Positions 39,242 to 48,774 of a stretch of 64,000 bases of DNA are shown piece by piece. This DNA comes from an uncultured Ruminococcus sp. (GTDB taxonomy: Bacteria; Bacillota; Clostridia; UBA1212): assembly GCA_902792515.1 (NCBI GenBank), contig CADAZX010000020.1, positions 224 through 64,223 on the forward strand. Reading direction: 5' to 3'. Under the pieces are notes generated by a model. It saw only the letters and a program-made list of their open reading frames with translations. It did not search any database and was not told the DNA's origin. Both the position numbers and the translations under genes were made by a program. The stretch's first letter is position 1, and every line of letters starts with the position of its first letter.

Positions 39242-39865
39242 ATGAGAAAAATCACGAAGATACTCGCCGCGTCTCTTATGGTCGCGATCGCGGTCTGCGC
39301 ATTTACGGCGTGCGACAATTCCAAAGGCCCGAAGCCTTCCGAAAATCCGGTTGCGACAATCACCGTGAAAGAATACGGAACGATCACGGTCGAGCTCTAC
39401 TACGACGTGGCTCCGAACACTGTCAGAAACTTTATCAGCCTCGCCAACTCGGGCTTTTACGACGGTGTCATTTTCCACCGCGTCATCAAGAATTTCATGA
39501 TCCAGGGCGGCGACCCGACAGGCACCGGTTCAGGCGGACCGGGCTACAAAATCAAGGGCGAGTTCACCGCGAACGGCTTCGAAAACAACCTTAAGCACAC
39601 GCGCGGCGTCATCTCCATGGCGAGAGCAAACGGCAGAAACGACTCCGCCGGTTCTCAGTTCTTTATTATGCACGTCGACTACCCGTCGCTCGACGGTCAG
39701 TACGCGTCGTTCGGCAAGGTGACTTCCGGAATGGATGTCGTGGACAAGATTGCGGCCGTCGCAACCAACCCCGCCAACGACAAGCCTCTTACGGACGTGG
39801 TGATCGAGAGCATCAGAGTCGATACGAAGGGCTTCGAGTATCCCGCGCCTGACGTGATCAAATAA
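39242..39865 (+). CDS. Cyclophilin-type peptidyl-prolyl isomerase, lipoprotein
   Basis: Lipobox FTAC; APNTVRNF, FHRVIKNFMIQGGDP, SMAR, GSQFFI. Confidence 0.93.
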   Translation: MRKITKILAASLMVAIAVCAFTACDNSKGPKPSENPVATITVKEYGTITVELYYDVAPNTVRNFISLANSGFYDGVIFHRVIKNFMIQGGDPTGTGSGGPGYKIKGEFTANGFENNLKHTRGVISMARANGRNDSAGSQFFIMHVDYPSLDGQYASFGKVTSGMDVVDKIAAVATNPANDKPLTDVVIESIRVDTKGFEYPAPDVIK

Positions 39866-39961
39866 CCGCTCGAATAACTCGAATAACGAAATTTGCCTGA
39901 ATAAAGGGAAAATAATCATACAACCGCGCCTTTTCGAAAAGTGCGGCAAGAAGGAGAAAAA

Positions 39962-40489
39962 ATGAACCCGAAAGTAACGATTGAAGTCAAAGACTTCGGC
40001 AAAATAGTTGTTGAACTGTACCCCGAGACCGCGCCGAACACGGTCAAGAATTTCGTCTATCTGGCCGGAAAGGGCTATTACGACGGCCTGATCTTCCACA
40101 GGATCATCAAAGGTTTCATGATCCAGGGCGGCGACCCGACAGGTACCGGAATGGGCGGCCCCGGCTACTCGATCCGCGGCGAATTCGCGCACAACGGCTT
40201 CACGAGAAACACGCTCTCGCACAAAAAAGGCGTCATCTCAATGGCGAGGTCGATGAACCCGGATTCCGCCGGTTCGCAGTTCTTCATCATGCATGAGGAC
40301 GGAGACTTCCTGGACGGCCAGTACGCCGCGTTCGGCGAGGTCGTTGAGGGCATTGAGATCGTGAACAAAATCGCCTGTGTGAAAACGGACCACCGCGACA
40401 GACCGTACGACGACGTCGTGATGGAAAAAGTAACGGTCGACACGTTCGGCGAGGTCTACGCCGAGCCGGAGAAGCTGATGAGAAGATAA
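39962..40489 (+). CDS. ppiB: Cyclophilin-type peptidyl-prolyl isomerase, cytoplasmic
   Basis: Same motifs (FHRIIKGFMIQGGDP, GSQFFIMH, FGEV) without signal peptide; ATG after AAGGAG. Confidence 0.9.
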   Translation: MNPKVTIEVKDFGKIVVELYPETAPNTVKNFVYLAGKGYYDGLIFHRIIKGFMIQGGDPTGTGMGGPGYSIRGEFAHNGFTRNTLSHKKGVISMARSMNPDSAGSQFFIMHEDGDFLDGQYAAFGEVVEGIEIVNKIACVKTDHRDRPYDDVVMEKVTVDTFGEVYAEPEKLMRR

Positions 40490-40644
40490 AACGTGCAGAT
40501 AAAACGTGCAGATAAAACGTGCCGCGAGCGGATTTTCGCTCGTGAATCCTTGCCGGAGCTACCGGCTTGAAGCACGTTTTTGAGACTTTCCGGAGATTTT
40601 TGGTATAAATCCGAAAAAAATCCGGAAAAAATCCCGAAAACCGC

Positions 40645-40673
40645 TTGCGGAAGCGCGGCGGTTGTGGTATAAT
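40645..40673 (+). promoter_or_regulatory. rpsF operon promoter
   Basis: TTGCGG, 17 bp, TGgTATAAT. Confidence 0.7.
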
Positions 40674-40679
40674 CCCAAG

Positions 40680-40730
40680 GTTCCTTGCCCCTGAGTGCGT
40701 TCGGGGGCCGACAGTCCATGAGGAGGTGAA
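40680..40730 (+). promoter_or_regulatory. S6:S18 ribosomal-protein autoregulatory leader (candidate)
   Basis: tccttgccccctga..tcgggggCCG...aggagg: hairpin followed by CCG just before the SD of rpsF, matching the known S6:S18 leader architecture. Confidence 0.6.
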
Positions 40731-40734
40731 AATT

Positions 40735-41025
40735 ATGGTTAGATACGAGACTATGTTTATCGTCAATCCTGAAATCGGCGAAGAGGCCGTCGCGGCGCTC
40801 GCAGAGAAGTTTCAGAAGTTGATTGCAGATAACGGCGAGATCGAATCCTTTAATGAGTGGGGTGGCAAGAGAGCCCTCAGATACCCTATCAACGACATTA
40901 AAGAAGGCTGCTATTATCTGTGTCTCTTTAAGGCTGAGCCGACATTCCCGGCTGAGCTCGAGAGAATTTACAGAATCACCGACGGTATTCTCAGATTCCT
41001 GATCATAAACAAGGACGCTGAGTAA
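40735..41025 (+). CDS. rpsF: 30S ribosomal protein S6
   Basis: RYETMFIVNP, EWG.R.L.YPI, ILRFL; ATG after GGAGGTG. Confidence 0.95.
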   Translation: MVRYETMFIVNPEIGEEAVAALAEKFQKLIADNGEIESFNEWGGKRALRYPINDIKEGCYYLCLFKAEPTFPAELERIYRITDGILRFLIINKDAE

Positions 41026-41145
41026 TCCGGAGCTTTCCGCGTTAGGCCCGTTCAGGGGTTTCGGCGCGGTGCCGTTGATTTGAATTGTTTGTTCAAAGTT
41101 ACAGTTTTAAGAAGGAAAGAATTTTAGAAAGACAGGAGAGATTTT

Positions 41146-41589
41146 ATGAACAAGGTTATACTTATGGGCCGCCTCGCGCGCGATCCCGAACTCAGATATA
41201 CGCAGGCAAACAACGTTCCCCAGTGCACGTTCGCTGTGGCCGTGGACAGACCCGGCAAGCAGCCCGACGGAACCACGAAGGCGGACTTTTTAAATTGTGT
41301 TGCATGGCGTTCAACCGCCGAATTTATCAGCAAGTATTTTGCAAAGGGCAACAGGATCCTTCTTTGGGGTTCCGTTCAGACCAGAGACTACACGGATAAA
41401 GACGGCAAAAAAGTTTACGTAACCGAGATCATAGTCGACAACGCCGAGTTCTGCGAGAGCAAATCGGCCGGTTCGGGTGCTCCTTACACAAACGCACAGC
41501 CTGCCGCTAGCGCGGCTCCTGCGGCGGACAGCCAGGCCGGTGACGGCGGCTACTTCGCGCTGGATTCAAATGAATTCGTTCCGTTCTGA
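41146..41589 (+). CDS. ssb: Single-stranded DNA-binding protein
   Basis: MNKVILMGRLARDPELR, ADFLNCVAW, C-terminal VPF. Confidence 0.97.
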   Translation: MNKVILMGRLARDPELRYTQANNVPQCTFAVAVDRPGKQPDGTTKADFLNCVAWRSTAEFISKYFAKGNRILLWGSVQTRDYTDKDGKKVYVTEIIVDNAEFCESKSAGSGAPYTNAQPAASAAPAADSQAGDGGYFALDSNEFVPF

Positions 41590-41668
41590 CGCTATTCTTT
41601 GAGCCTGATGGTTTACGCCCCCGCGGCATATGCCCGGGAGGGTATGAGAATTTAAGGAGGAAACTGTT

Positions 41669-41944
41669 ATGCCTTTCGCAAAAAAAGATGGTAAGGGTGC
41701 TGACAAGTTTGAAGGCAAGGGCCCGATGAGCAAAAAGCCCAGGAAAAAGGTCTGCCGTTTCTGCGCCGAGAAGGCCTCTCATATCGACTACAAGGATTTC
41801 CAGAAACTCAGAAGCTTCGTTACTGAGAGAGGAAAGATCCTGCCCAGAAGAATGACAGGTACCTGCGCAAAGCACCAGAGAGAGCTGACGATCGCCGTCA
41901 AGCGCGCCAGACACGTTGCGCTGCTTCCGTTCACGGCGGATTGA
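41669..41944 (+). CDS. rpsR: 30S ribosomal protein S18 (Zn-binding form)
   Basis: [40 protein letters not shown]. Confidence 0.97.
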   Translation: MPFAKKDGKGADKFEGKGPMSKKPRKKVCRFCAEKASHIDYKDFQKLRSFVTERGKILPRRMTGTCAKHQRELTIAVKRARHVALLPFTAD

Positions 41945-41966
41945 CAAGCATTTGTTTGTATTAATC

Positions 41967-42006
41967 GGACAGCCGCCCGCGTCTGCGGGCGGCTGTCCTG
42001 CTTTTT
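41967..42006 (+). terminator. Terminator after rpsR
   Basis: ggacagccgcccgc/gcgggcggctgtcc followed by tgcttttt. Confidence 0.8.
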
Positions 42007-42133
42007 ACCGTTTTCGGGAAGTTCTTTTCGATCTTTTCGATCCTTATAATAAAAATAAAATACTTTAATGCGCGGCGCGGATGTGGTATAATAATTTCGA
42101 GAGTGTCGACTTTCGGGAGGAATCGGAATAAAA

Positions 42134-44302
42134 ATGAAGAAAAAGCACAATCTCGCTTACAAATTTTTATATCGGATGAACCTTGTGTGGGTGAACGTCG
42201 CTGTCGCCGCCGTGCTGATCGCGCTGACGGCTGTCACGTTTTTTGAGGCCGGAAAGCCGGGGCTTTTCGTACTCTGCATCGTTCTGCTCGCACTCCTTCT
42301 CGCGCTCGACATCGCTCTCATCGCGGTCCGCCGGAAAAAGGCGAAAAAAGACGCCGAGAGACTCGGCTTTTCCGACGAAAACGGCACGGTCTGCACCGGC
42401 CTTCTCGACGCGATGCAGCTGGCCACGGTGATCCTTACTCAGACAGGCAAGCTCTGCTGGGCGAACATCGAATTCAAACAGATGTGCGAAGCGCTTTCGG
42501 TGAAGCCGGGAGCGGTCGTTTCCGATATTTTCGAGAACTACATCAAAAACGCGGTCGACGAGGGCGTCCGCTCGGATTCGAAGGACGTGAAGATCGGCAA
42601 GGGCTTTTTCAAAATGTACTTTACGTACGTCCGCGCTTCCGAGGAGCTTCTGAACGGCGACAAAACCGGTTGCTGCGTCTATTTCGTGGAGACGACGGCA
42701 TACGAGAGGCTAAAGGACCTCTACAAGCGACGCAAGATCGTGCTCGGCGAGATACTCGTCGACAACTACGAGGAGATATTCCAGACGAACGGCGAGTCGG
42801 TCGCGAACCAGGTGCTCATCGAGGTCAACAACATTTTCAACGCGTGGATCCAGGACCGCAACGCGATCATTAAAAGGCTGACGCGCGAGCGCTACATTAT
42901 GGTGGTCGAGGAGCAGAGCCTGAAGGCGATCGAGGCCGAACGGTTCACGGTGCTGGAGAGCGTCAAGAAGATATCGGTGGGCAACTCGTTCCCGGTGACG
43001 CTCAGTATCGGTCTTTCGACGAACAGGCAGGAGCTGACCGACGAGGCGTTCGACGCGTTCGTGACGGGGGATTACGAGTCCGACGCGTATAAGAGGGCGT
43101 TTTCGGACACGCTTGCGGGAAGCTTCGCGGACGTGGACGAGCTGCTCAACCTGTCGCTCAGCCGCGGAGGCGACCAGGCGATAGTCAAAACGGGAGCCGA
43201 CAGCAGGAGCAATCTTTTCTTCGGAGGCAGCGAGATTGACACCGACCGCGAGGACATGGTCAGCGCGAGAGTCAACGCCGGCATCCTGAAGGACGAGATC
43301 CTGAAATCCAAAAAGGTGCTTTGCATGGGCCACGCGGCGGCAGACCTCGACGCGATAGGTTCAGCGCTTGCGGTGTACAGAATCTCGATGCAGCTCGGTG
43401 TGAGAGCGTACGTGGTTCTGGACGGCCCGAATCCGCAGATATCGGTCGTTTACGCGGCGATAATGGACACCGGCGAGTACGGCGACGTTTTCATCTCCAA
43501 GAGCGAGGCGCTCAACATTCTTGACGAAAACACGCTGACGGTCGTCACGGACACGTTCTCCGAAAGGCAGGTCGAGGCGCCGGAGGTCGTTCACAACTCG
43601 TCGAGAATTATCGTTATCGACCACCACAGAAGGGGCGTCGACTTCATCAAAAATACGATCTTCAACTACGCCGACACGATGGCTTCGTCTGCGAGCGAGC
43701 TTATCGTAGAGATGATCCGCTACATTTTCCCGAACGAGAAAATTCTCCGGAAAATAGAGGCGGAAACGCTCTACGGCGGCATCCTTCTCGACACCAAGAA
43801 CATGTTCTTCAAGACGAGCCGCAGAACGTTCGACGTGTGCGCGTATTTAAGGCAGCAGGGCGTCATTCCGGTCGCGGTGAGGAAATACATCCAGCCGAGC
43901 TTCGAGGACTACAAGCGCATCAACGAGATTGTCTCGGGAATGAAATTCCTGTCGGTCAACAACAAGGGCGTCGCGCTGACCACGTGCACGCTTCCCAGAA
44001 GCGACGTAAACAAGCTGGCGTCGATGGCGGCCGACAAGATGCTCGAGATCGCGGGCGTCGACTGCTCGTTCGTTATCGTGAAGCAGGATTCGGACGTCGC
44101 AATCAAGGCGAGATCGCTCGGAGACGTCAACGTGCAGATCATTCTGGAGCACCACGAGATCGCGGGCGGCGGCCACTTCACAGCGGCGGCGGGATACGTC
44201 AAGAACTGCACTCCCGAGAGGGCGGAGCAGCTCATTGTGGGCATCCTCAGGAGCGAAAACAAGCCTGCCGACAGCCAGAACAGACAGAATCAGCCGGAAT
44301 AA
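42134..44302 (+). CDS. gdpP: c-di-AMP phosphodiesterase (TM, PAS, degenerate GGDEF, DHH/DHHA1)
   Basis: Two N-terminal TMs, VDNYEE, TLSIG, RGGDQA, MGH..ADLDAIG, IDHHR, SSASEL, GILLDT, GGGH; conserved position before rplI. Confidence 0.9.
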   Translation: MKKKHNLAYKFLYRMNLVWVNVAVAAVLIALTAVTFFEAGKPGLFVLCIVLLALLLALDIALIAVRRKKAKKDAERLGFSDENGTVCTGLLDAMQLATVILTQTGKLCWANIEFKQMCEALSVKPGAVVSDIFENYIKNAVDEGVRSDSKDVKIGKGFFKMYFTYVRASEELLNGDKTGCCVYFVETTAYERLKDLYKRRKIVLGEILVDNYEEIFQTNGESVANQVLIEVNNIFNAWIQDRNAIIKRLTRERYIMVVEEQSLKAIEAERFTVLESVKKISVGNSFPVTLSIGLSTNRQELTDEAFDAFVTGDYESDAYKRAFSDTLAGSFADVDELLNLSLSRGGDQAIVKTGADSRSNLFFGGSEIDTDREDMVSARVNAGILKDEILKSKKVLCMGHAAADLDAIGSALAVYRISMQLGVRAYVVLDGPNPQISVVYAAIMDTGEYGDVFISKSEALNILDENTLTVVTDTFSERQVEAPEVVHNSSRIIVIDHHRRGVDFIKNTIFNYADTMASSASELIVEMIRYIFPNEKILRKIEAETLYGGILLDTKNMFFKTSRRTFDVCAYLRQQGVIPVAVRKYIQPSFEDYKRINEIVSGMKFLSVNNKGVALTTCTLPRSDVNKLASMAADKMLEIAGVDCSFVIVKQDSDVAIKARSLGDVNVQIILEHHEIAGGGHFTAAAGYVKNCTPERAEQLIVGILRSENKPADSQNRQNQPE

Positions 44303-44431
44303 CGGCAGAAATAACGGCAGAATTAACTGCAGTGATAACGCTCACGCGCGAATGATGCGGGGCGGCCCCGGGGACTTGAAAATACCGCGGGGAACAAAAT
44401 TTTAAAAATATAACCGGGAGGTATGATATAG

Positions 44432-44878
44432 ATGAAACTCATTTTGACAACAGACGTTAAAAATCTCGGAAAAAAGGACGAAATGGTCCAGGTCAGCGAC
44501 GGCTACGGCAGAAATTACCTGATTCCGCGCGGACTGGCGGTAGAGGCGACCGCTGCCAACATCAACCAGATGAAGGACAAGCAGAACGCCGCCGCCACGA
44601 AACAGAAGCGCGAGCAGGCGGCGGCCGAGTCCTACAAGGAGCAGCTCGAGGGCAAAGTGATCGTCGTGAAGGCGAGAGCGGGCGAAAACGGCAAGCTTTT
44701 CGGAGCGGTCGCGTCCAAGGACATCGCCGAAGCAGTCGAAAAGCAGCTCGGCTTCAAGCTTGACAAGAAGAAGATAGTTCTCGACGAGCCCGTGAAAAAC
44801 ACAGGCAAAAAGCAGGTTCCCGTGAAGCTCTACCCGGGCATCACCGCGACGCTCGACGTCAGCGTGGAAGCCGAGTAA
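44432..44878 (+). CDS. rplI: 50S ribosomal protein L9
   Basis: MKLIL..DVKNLGKK...VSDGYGRNYLIP, GKLFGAV. Confidence 0.97.
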   Translation: MKLILTTDVKNLGKKDEMVQVSDGYGRNYLIPRGLAVEATAANINQMKDKQNAAATKQKREQAAAESYKEQLEGKVIVVKARAGENGKLFGAVASKDIAEAVEKQLGFKLDKKKIVLDEPVKNTGKKQVPVKLYPGITATLDVSVEAE

Positions 44879-45098
44879 CGCCGGAGCGTTCCGCGTTCCG
44901 TATGTTCGCGAATCCATGTTCGCGAATTCATGTTCGCGGATCTGTATTGCGGATCCGTATTAAAGATAAAGGGGCTTCCCGCCGCGCGCGGGGGCGCCTG
45001 ACGGTTTTTTAAATTCTGCGGCGGCACGGCAACGTAAAAGAGCCGCCGCTGCTTATCACTTTTAAACTTTTGTTTAAATTTTAGCGGGGTGCCAAGAC

Positions 45099-46430
45099 AT
45101 GCCTGACAGACAGAACCTCACACAGCCTCAAAGCCTTGAATCCGAGGCGGCGCTTCTCGGCGCGCTTCTTGCCGACAACAACGTGATTTACGACGTTATC
45201 GACACCGTTAATCCGGAGGATTTTTACAGCGAGACGAACAAGGCGATTTACGACGTTTGCGTGGCGCTTTTCAACGAGAGCGTGACGATAGATATTCTGA
45301 CGGTTTCCGACCGGCTGGAGAAGCGCGGCCTTTTGGCGAAGGTCGGCGGCTACAGCTACCTCACGTCGCTCCTCGACGGCACCTATCTGACGTCGAACGC
45401 GGCCGCATACGCCGAGGTCATCGCCGAAAAATCGATGATGCGCAGGCTTATCGCGACGGGAAGGAGCATCGTCGACGTCGCATATAAGAATGAGAAAACG
45501 CTCTCGGAGACGCTCGAATTCGCCGAAAACGCCGTCCTCAACGTCACTCAGAAGACCGCCAGCAAGGGCTATTCGAAGCTTTCCGACATCAACGCGGACG
45601 TATACCTCGAGCTGGAGGAAAACGCCGGCAAGGGCGGCATGACCGGCATTCCGACAGGCTTTACGGACCTCGACAGGTACCTCTCGGGAATGAAAAAGGC
45701 CGACATGATCGTCGTCGGCGCGCGCCCGGGAATGGGAAAAACGGCTTTCATGCTGGAAATAGCCAAATACGTCGCGGTCAGGAAAAAGCTTCCGGTCGCG
45801 GTTTTCAACCTCGAAATGGAGAAGGAGCAGCTCGCCACGAGAATCCTGAGCAGCCAGTCCGGCGTCCCGAGCGAGAAGCTGAAGCGCGCCGAACTTAGCC
45901 AGAACGATTGGCTCGACCTGGCGGAGGCGGTTTCCGCGCTGGCAGACGCACCGATCTACATCGACGACTCGTCCGAAAACACGATCCAGTCGATCAGGGC
46001 GAAGTGCCGCAAACTTAAAATTGAAAAAGACATCAAACTCATCGTACTCGACTATCTGCAACTGATGAACTCCGCGGGCAGGCGCAACGACGGAAACCGC
46101 GTCACGGAGGTCTCGGACATTTCCAGGCAGATAAAAATGATGGCGCGCGAACTAGGCGTTCCGATCATTGTCGGTTCGCAGCTCAGCCGCGAGGTCGACA
46201 GGCGTGAGGACAAGCGCCCCAAACTGAGCGACCTTCGCGAATCCGGAGGCATCGAGCAGGACGCCGACGTCGTTCTGTTCCTCTACAGGGAGGTCGAGTA
46301 CAACAAGGAGACCGAATTCAAGAACGTTGCCGAGGTCATCATCGGCAAGCAGAGAAACGGTATGCAGGGCACTGTCAAGCTCTTCTTCGACGCGGACCAT
46401 ACGACTTTCAGGAACATGGCGAAGAGCTGA
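45099..46430 (+). CDS. dnaB: Replicative DNA helicase
   Basis: PQSLESE, GARPGMGKT, LEM, LDYLQLM, SQLSR, SDLRESGGIEQDAD, KQRNG; no intein. Confidence 0.97.
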   Translation: MPDRQNLTQPQSLESEAALLGALLADNNVIYDVIDTVNPEDFYSETNKAIYDVCVALFNESVTIDILTVSDRLEKRGLLAKVGGYSYLTSLLDGTYLTSNAAAYAEVIAEKSMMRRLIATGRSIVDVAYKNEKTLSETLEFAENAVLNVTQKTASKGYSKLSDINADVYLELEENAGKGGMTGIPTGFTDLDRYLSGMKKADMIVVGARPGMGKTAFMLEIAKYVAVRKKLPVAVFNLEMEKEQLATRILSSQSGVPSEKLKRAELSQNDWLDLAEAVSALADAPIYIDDSSENTIQSIRAKCRKLKIEKDIKLIVLDYLQLMNSAGRRNDGNRVTEVSDISRQIKMMARELGVPIIVGSQLSREVDRREDKRPKLSDLRESGGIEQDADVVLFLYREVEYNKETEFKNVAEVIIGKQRNGMQGTVKLFFDADHTTFRNMAKS

Positions 46431-46463
46431 CGCTCTCAAATTCCGGCTCTTTTTAAGGACGGT

Positions 46464-48014
46464 ATGGACGTTTTCGCGAAAATCTACTCCAAATTCACAG
46501 AAACGGTTAAAACGCGGAGCCTTATCGAACCCGGTGACGTGGTTATCGCGTCGCTTTCGGGCGGGAGCGACTCCGTTGCTTTGCTGTGGCTTCTGGTGAC
46601 CTTCGCGAAAAAAAACGCGGAAAACGCGGCCTTCTGCCCGGTGACCGTGAAGGCGTTCCATTTTAACCACATGATAAGGGGCGCGGAGGCCGACGGCGAC
46701 GAGGAGTTCTGCGGGGAGCTCGCAAAAAAAGCAGGCGTGAGTTTCAGGGCGGAGCGCGGCGACGTACCGGCGTACGCGTCGGAAAAAGGGCTCTCGATCG
46801 AGACCGCGGCGAGGGAAATGCGCTACAGGGCGCTTGAAAACTACGCGCTCGAGCTCGAAAAGGAGACAGGCGCGAACGTAAAGATCGCGGTCGCTCACAA
46901 CCGGGAGGACCGCGCGGAAACCGTACTGTTCAACATTATAAGAGGCACCTCGGTGGACGGCCTCGCGGGAATCCGCTACAGGAACGGAAGAATCGTCAGG
47001 CCGCTGCTCGACGTCTCGAAAGAGGAGACGTACGCGGTGTGCGACCGCTTCGGGAGCGGATTCAGGACCGACTCCACGAACCTCACGACGGACTGCACGA
47101 GGAACCTTCTTCGCCTCGACGTGATCCCGTACGTCAACGAAAAAACAGGCAGCGACCTGACCGAAAAGCTTTTGAGGCTCTCGGAGCTCGCGGAGGCCGA
47201 CGCGGAATATCTTGACGCGGAGGCCGGAAGCGCTTTCATAAATTGCGCGCGCGAGGAAGACGGTACTGTGTTTCTCGACTGCGGAAAGTTTTCCGCGCTT
47301 CACCCGGCCGTGAGGGGGCGCGTCGCCGTAAAGGCCGTTTCGCTCGCGAAGGCCGGCGGAGAGGCGCCGTTCAGGGACGGAGTGTCAGTTTCGCAGAGCA
47401 TGGTTAACAGGCTGTCGAGGTTCGCGGAAAGCGGAAGAAGCGGCGGCGAGCTCGAGCTTGGGAACGGTATTTTTTGCCTTAAAAAAGGAAAAATCATAAA
47501 GATCGGAGAACACTCTACGGAGGCGGCTGCAACGCCAAAAGACAACACTCCTGTGCATCTTGAGGAAGCTCTTGAGACTGCTTTGAGGGCGGATGCGTGC
47601 GGAGAGCTTTCGGCGGAGTTTTCCGGCGGAAGGCTTACAGTGACGGGACCGCTGACGGCGCGGGAGAGTATTTCGGACGCGTTAAAGCGCGCCAAAAACG
47701 ACACGCGTTACGCATCGTTCGACCTTGAAAAACTGGCGGAGTTCGTCGCGGAATCGGGCGGAGAACTCGTGCTGAGACACCCGGCGGCCGGGGACGTTTT
47801 CAAGCCGTTCGGTGCGCCGGGAAAGAAGCCTCTAAGGAGGTTTTTTACGGACGTGAAGCTGCCGGCGGCGGAGCGTGAAAACGCGGCTGTTTTGGCAACC
47901 GGAAACACGGTGCTGCACGTTTTCGGTGTGCGCGGCGGAGATTTTGTCACTGTACAAAAGCGGACGTCGTGTGGTATAATGTTTTATTACGGGACCGTTC
48001 CCGCGGAGGACTGA
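46464..48014 (+). CDS. tilS: tRNA(Ile)-lysidine synthase
   Basis: SGGSDS PP-loop, HFNHMIR, AAREMRY, AHNREDRAET, RPLL, DSTN, RN.LR. Confidence 0.93.
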   Translation: MDVFAKIYSKFTETVKTRSLIEPGDVVIASLSGGSDSVALLWLLVTFAKKNAENAAFCPVTVKAFHFNHMIRGAEADGDEEFCGELAKKAGVSFRAERGDVPAYASEKGLSIETAAREMRYRALENYALELEKETGANVKIAVAHNREDRAETVLFNIIRGTSVDGLAGIRYRNGRIVRPLLDVSKEETYAVCDRFGSGFRTDSTNLTTDCTRNLLRLDVIPYVNEKTGSDLTEKLLRLSELAEADAEYLDAEAGSAFINCAREEDGTVFLDCGKFSALHPAVRGRVAVKAVSLAKAGGEAPFRDGVSVSQSMVNRLSRFAESGRSGGELELGNGIFCLKKGKIIKIGEHSTEAAATPKDNTPVHLEEALETALRADACGELSAEFSGGRLTVTGPLTARESISDALKRAKNDTRYASFDLEKLAEFVAESGGELVLRHPAAGDVFKPFGAPGKKPLRRFFTDVKLPAAERENAAVLATGNTVLHVFGVRGGDFVTVQKRTSCGIMFYYGTVPAED

Positions 48015-48153
48015 AACGATGCGGCGCGTGCCCGTAGGCAGAGGATTATTTCCCGGAAATGCCGGGGAGCGGCGGAAGCGCCGGCTTCCGGTTTTTTCCC
48101 GGCGGAATTGTTTCCGGAATTGTTTTAATAAGTTTAAACGACGGAGGTTTCGG

Positions 48154-48681
48154 ATGTTTTACGACAAATGCGAAGAGATTCTTATAAGCAAAGAGAGCCT
48201 GGCCAAACGCGTGGAGGAGCTCGGGGATCAGATCACTGCCGACTACGAGGGCAAGGACCTTGTGGTGATCGGCGTGCTGCGCGGTTCGTTCATTTTCCTT
48301 GCGGACCTTGTCAGGGCGATAAAAATGCCGCTCAGCCTCGATTTTATGATCGCGAAGAGCTACGCGGGCACGGAGACGACAGGCGAGGTCAGGATCCTCA
48401 AGGACGCCGACGTGAAGGTCGCGGGAAAGCACGTTCTTATCGTCGAGGACATCATCGACTCCGGTTTCACTCTCAGCAAGCTCGTTCCCTACTTCGAGAA
48501 CCGCAACGCCGCGAGCGTCAGAATCTGCACGGCGCTCAACAAGCCCTCCCGCAGGCAGGTGAAGGACCTGCACGTGGACTACGTAGGGTTTGAGATCCCG
48601 GACGCGTTCGTGGTTGGCTACGGACTCGACTTTAACGACGGGATGCGCAACTTCCCGGAGATCCGCATATACAAGCCCTGA
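48154..48681 (+). CDS. hpt: Hypoxanthine phosphoribosyltransferase
   Basis: VLIVEDIIDSGFT PRPP motif, FVVGYGLD; ATG after GGAGG. Confidence 0.96.
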   Translation: MFYDKCEEILISKESLAKRVEELGDQITADYEGKDLVVIGVLRGSFIFLADLVRAIKMPLSLDFMIAKSYAGTETTGEVRILKDADVKVAGKHVLIVEDIIDSGFTLSKLVPYFENRNAASVRICTALNKPSRRQVKDLHVDYVGFEIPDAFVVGYGLDFNDGMRNFPEIRIYKP

Positions 48682-48774
48682 CGGGAACTTGCGTGCCGGC
48701 CCGGCAAGAGCTCTTTTCAACCGGTACCGGCATTATTATGAAAAAATGATTAGCTCTGATTACGGAGGTTCAAT

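Noticed and set aside
45099-46430. Intein in DnaB or RecD2
   Set aside because: Lengths are normal and no splicing motifs are visible.
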